64,000 nucleotides of DNA from Azolla caroliniana. Lineage: Eukaryota > Plantae > Polypodiophyta. Below are positions 60,669-64,000 of this stretch, piece after piece. Location of the stretch: positions 16,616,001-16,680,000 of the forward strand of contig JBHGNT010000015.1 in assembly GCA_043228905.1 (NCBI GenBank), in the 5' to 3' direction. A program made the translations under genes and the position numbers. Position 1 is the stretch's first letter, and each line of letters opens with the position of its first letter. The notes beneath the pieces are model-generated. The model was not told where the DNA came from and ran no database searches. It was given only the letters and a program-made list of their open reading frames with translations.

Positions 60669-63600
60669 ATGAACTATGGGATCATAAGTGCTTCACAATT
60701 GAAAGTAATGTTTTGGAATTGTAGAGTATATCAATGGAATAAGGGTTTAGGACTCAATGATGTAGCTCAAGGTATGGATATTATATTTTTGGCTGAAACA
60801 TGGGAGCATGAGGCAAAACGTATACCTAAAATAGACGGTTACATCATAAAACCGATATGGCCTCACTCTAAAGGGAATATTGAGCGTGCCGGGATAGCAT
60901 GTATCTACCATGAGAGCTTAGATAATTCTATCAAAGTATGCAAATATGATGACTATAAGAGATACATATGGATAGAGGTTAATTTGGGGAAAGAGAAGTT
61001 GTATATAGTTGCATGTTACATTCCTCACAAAGACTCAAACTACTATAGTAGGTTTGGGTTAGATTGTGATGATCCTTTTATAAAATTATGCCATGATATA
61101 CTTTCATTTGAGAAGCTTGGTAAAGTTTTAATTATGGGAGACTTCAATGCAAGAGTTGGAAATTTCCAAAATGTGGAGACATTTGAAGAAAATGTAGTAG
61201 AACATTGTCTAGTGTGTGACTCCGAGGATTGTGTCATGTCAGACTATGGAAAACTTTTGATACATATGCTAAATTGCACAAACTTGATTATCCTAAATGG
61301 TATAAAGGCATTCCCATTGACAAATGTGCTCACATGTTTACCATCCTTGGGTGTAGGAAGTGTGGTTGATTATGCATTAATGTTGGCATGTGATCTATCA
61401 TTGGTGAATGTGTTTAAAGTTGGTTCTCTATCTCCGGACTCAGACCACAAGCCATTGTACTTAGAGCTTGCAATTCCACATTCCACTAGATTCCATGGAG
61501 TGAAAGACGAAAAGAGATGTATCATCCGACCTTGCTACGAAAAAGCTAAGATGTATGCAAAGGAAGCATTTGTTAAATTTTTCTCTAAGCAACGATGTTA
61601 AAGAAAATTGGCAACATTTGAAGGATATAATTCTTAAGGTTGGATATCAATGCTTTAAGAGACATGTGGGTGGGCATAAGGTGTGTAGTTTTCCATGTAA
61701 TTCTTGGTTCAACGATGAATGTAAGATGTATCTCAAATGGTTTAAGTCCATAGAAGGGGGGGAATGAAAAAATTGTTGCATGGCACATATACAAGAAAGT
61801 AGCGAGGAGAAAGAAAAGAAGATATTTCCAAATGCAAGAGATGAAAAAGAAAAACTTGTTTAAGCTCAAACCAAAATTAGCATGGGGACAACTCAAGGGT
61901 AAGAAAGAAGATGTGAAAGGTCACTTTACAAATGAAGAGACGCTAGACTATGTACAAAGGTTATATATGCATGAAGGTGTGGCTCCCATGGTTGAGAAAA
62001 TTGAAACTCCATGCACTACATGTATCGATATTGATGATGTCAATAAGGGAATAAAGAAGATGGCAAGTGGTAAAGCAGCAGATTCAACCTACGTCTCAAG
62101 TGAGCTTTTAAAATGGACAATGCTACACACTCGTCATTGGATAATGACAATTTTAGAGCAAACTATAAAACAAGGATTTCCAAATGATTGGCTTATGAAT
62201 TGGATTAAACCAATATTTAAAGCTGGAGATAGGAATCAAGTATCAAATTATCGTACAATAATGGTGAGCTCAACTATTGCTAAATTATATAGCACTATTA
62301 TGGAGCAAAAGATAAGCATACAGGCTGAGAGTACAAGCAAAAGAGCACTTGGGCAAGCCGGATTTAGACCAAAACACTCCACCGTGGATCATTTGGTCAC
62401 ATTAAGAGTAACCATGGAAGAGAGTCGACTACAAGGAAAAACACTTTATTGTTGTTTTGTTGATTTCAAGAAAGCTTTTGATACCGTACCACGAAGTGAG
62501 CTTTGGAATAGAATGATAGACATTGACATGCCATTAGCGTACCGCGTTGCGGTTGCACGCCTATATGAACAAGTTAAATGCCAACTAAAAATGGATAGTG
62601 GATTCTCAAAGCACTTCTTAAGTAACGTGGGGGTCAAGCAAGGATGTCCACTATCACCCACACTCTTTGGCTTATGTATTGATAAATTAGAAGAAGTGGT
62701 GAATAAGGCCCCAATTTGATGCAACATGTTATCTTATTGCTTCTATATGCAGATGATGTGGTACTCTTCTCGTATGATGTTGATAGTATGCAACATTTAC
62801 TTGGGGTATTAGAAGAATTTTGCCATAGTAGTGGACTAGCAGTGAATGTGGAGAAAACAAAAGTGATGGTAGTGCAAACCATCCAACCTCATCATTACCC
62901 TATGCTCACATATAAAGGTGAACATATACAATTTGTTCAAAGCTTTAAATATCTTGGGATTGATGTACCCGCCACAAATAAATGGAGTGCATGCTTGGAT
63001 TCTAGACTCCAAGCCGATTGGAAATCATATTACCTTTTGGAGAACCAATGCAACCAAAGTGATACTTGTGGATGGGAAGTAAAACTAATTTTGTTCAATG
63101 CTATGGTAACTCAAGTATTGCTTTATGTAGTAGAAGTATGGGGTGGCACCATCTCTCTTAATGCATGGAACGAGATTGAGAAAATTCAAAAGATGTTTTT
63201 AAGGAGGCAATTAGGAGTTAAATGTACTACCTCTTACCAGGTTATGCTTGGAAATGGGTGTTCGACCCATAGAACTATTAGCACTCCAAAGAGTATATAA
63301 ATACATTACGAAAGTCAAGAATATGTTGAATCATCGATTACCACATCTTGCTTGGAATGTTGGATGTAAGCTACAAAAGAATCATAAAAGTAAGATTCTC
63401 TCATCTGGTTGGGTTGTTGACATGAGGAAATGGTTTAGAAGATGGGGTTTGGATGATCTTTTAGAGCTTTCAGGCAATGTTATGCAATATGTAATGATTT
63501 AGGAAAGGTTGGTGGAATCATTAAGGATGAAGTGGGAGGATGCTAAGAGGACAAAGCTAGAATACTACATTGCAAATGTCAACCCTGAATGTTGGTCTCA

Positions 63601-63965
63601 ATATAAAGCAAGAATGTCTATTGATCGTATCCAACCTTATCTCATTACTAATATGAGTAGTAATGCTCGTAGAGCCCTTACACTACTTCACACTCGATCT
63701 CACAAGTTAGGTATTGAAGTTGCATCATGGTATCAAAATGTAATGAATTTGAAGACATGTAAAGTATGCAATGAAGGCATGGTGGAGGATGGATGTCACT
63801 TGCTCGACATATAGTGCAATTCGTTCAAGATATGTTGACATACTAAGAGGGAGTGATAACTTAAGTGCCATACTTAAGACACCACCTAGAAGGTTGAGCT
63901 CATATGTTTATGCTTTACTAACACATAGAGACTTTGTGCTTCAACATATGAATACCCCTTCTTAG
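60669..63965 (+). pseudogene. LINE ORF2 (APE endonuclease, RT, C-terminal Cys motif), RTEX/L2-like, with frameshifts
   Basis: FWNC, FLAETW, IMGDFNARVG, SVVDY, SDHKPL; NYRTI, QAGFRPKHST, FVDFKKAFD, GVKQGCPLSP, LYADD, NVEKTKVM, FKYLG; SHKLGIEVASW...CKVCNEGMVEDGCHLL. Confidence 0.9.
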
Positions 63966-64000
63966 GAAGGAGACATATATCAAGAACACATGTATACTCT

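Overview
Eukaryotic, AT-rich plant genomic DNA. The TE lineages suggest a non-seed plant (bryophyte, lycophyte or fern); this is inference. Most of the window is nested retroelements. There are four Ty1/copia elements, one chromodomain Ty3/gypsy (Tcn1-like, apparently self-priming), and a family of pol-less, gag-only gypsy-type elements plus their solo LTRs (tRNA-Trp PBS, 4-bp TSDs). There is also a decayed L1-type LINE, three 5'-truncated L1 tails with TSDs, and one near-complete plus two relic RTEX/L2-like LINEs. Host genes are exon 1 of a GDSL lipase-like gene whose catalytic Ser is Ala (GDAL), and two intronless paralogs encoding a small secreted, very Val/Ile-rich protein of no family I recognise. 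The most striking pattern is that LTRs of two unrelated gypsy groups carry a tRNA-like A-box/B-box module (43-44 nt spacing) in U3, antisense and pointing out of the element. All boundaries were read by eye; no searches or alignments were run.
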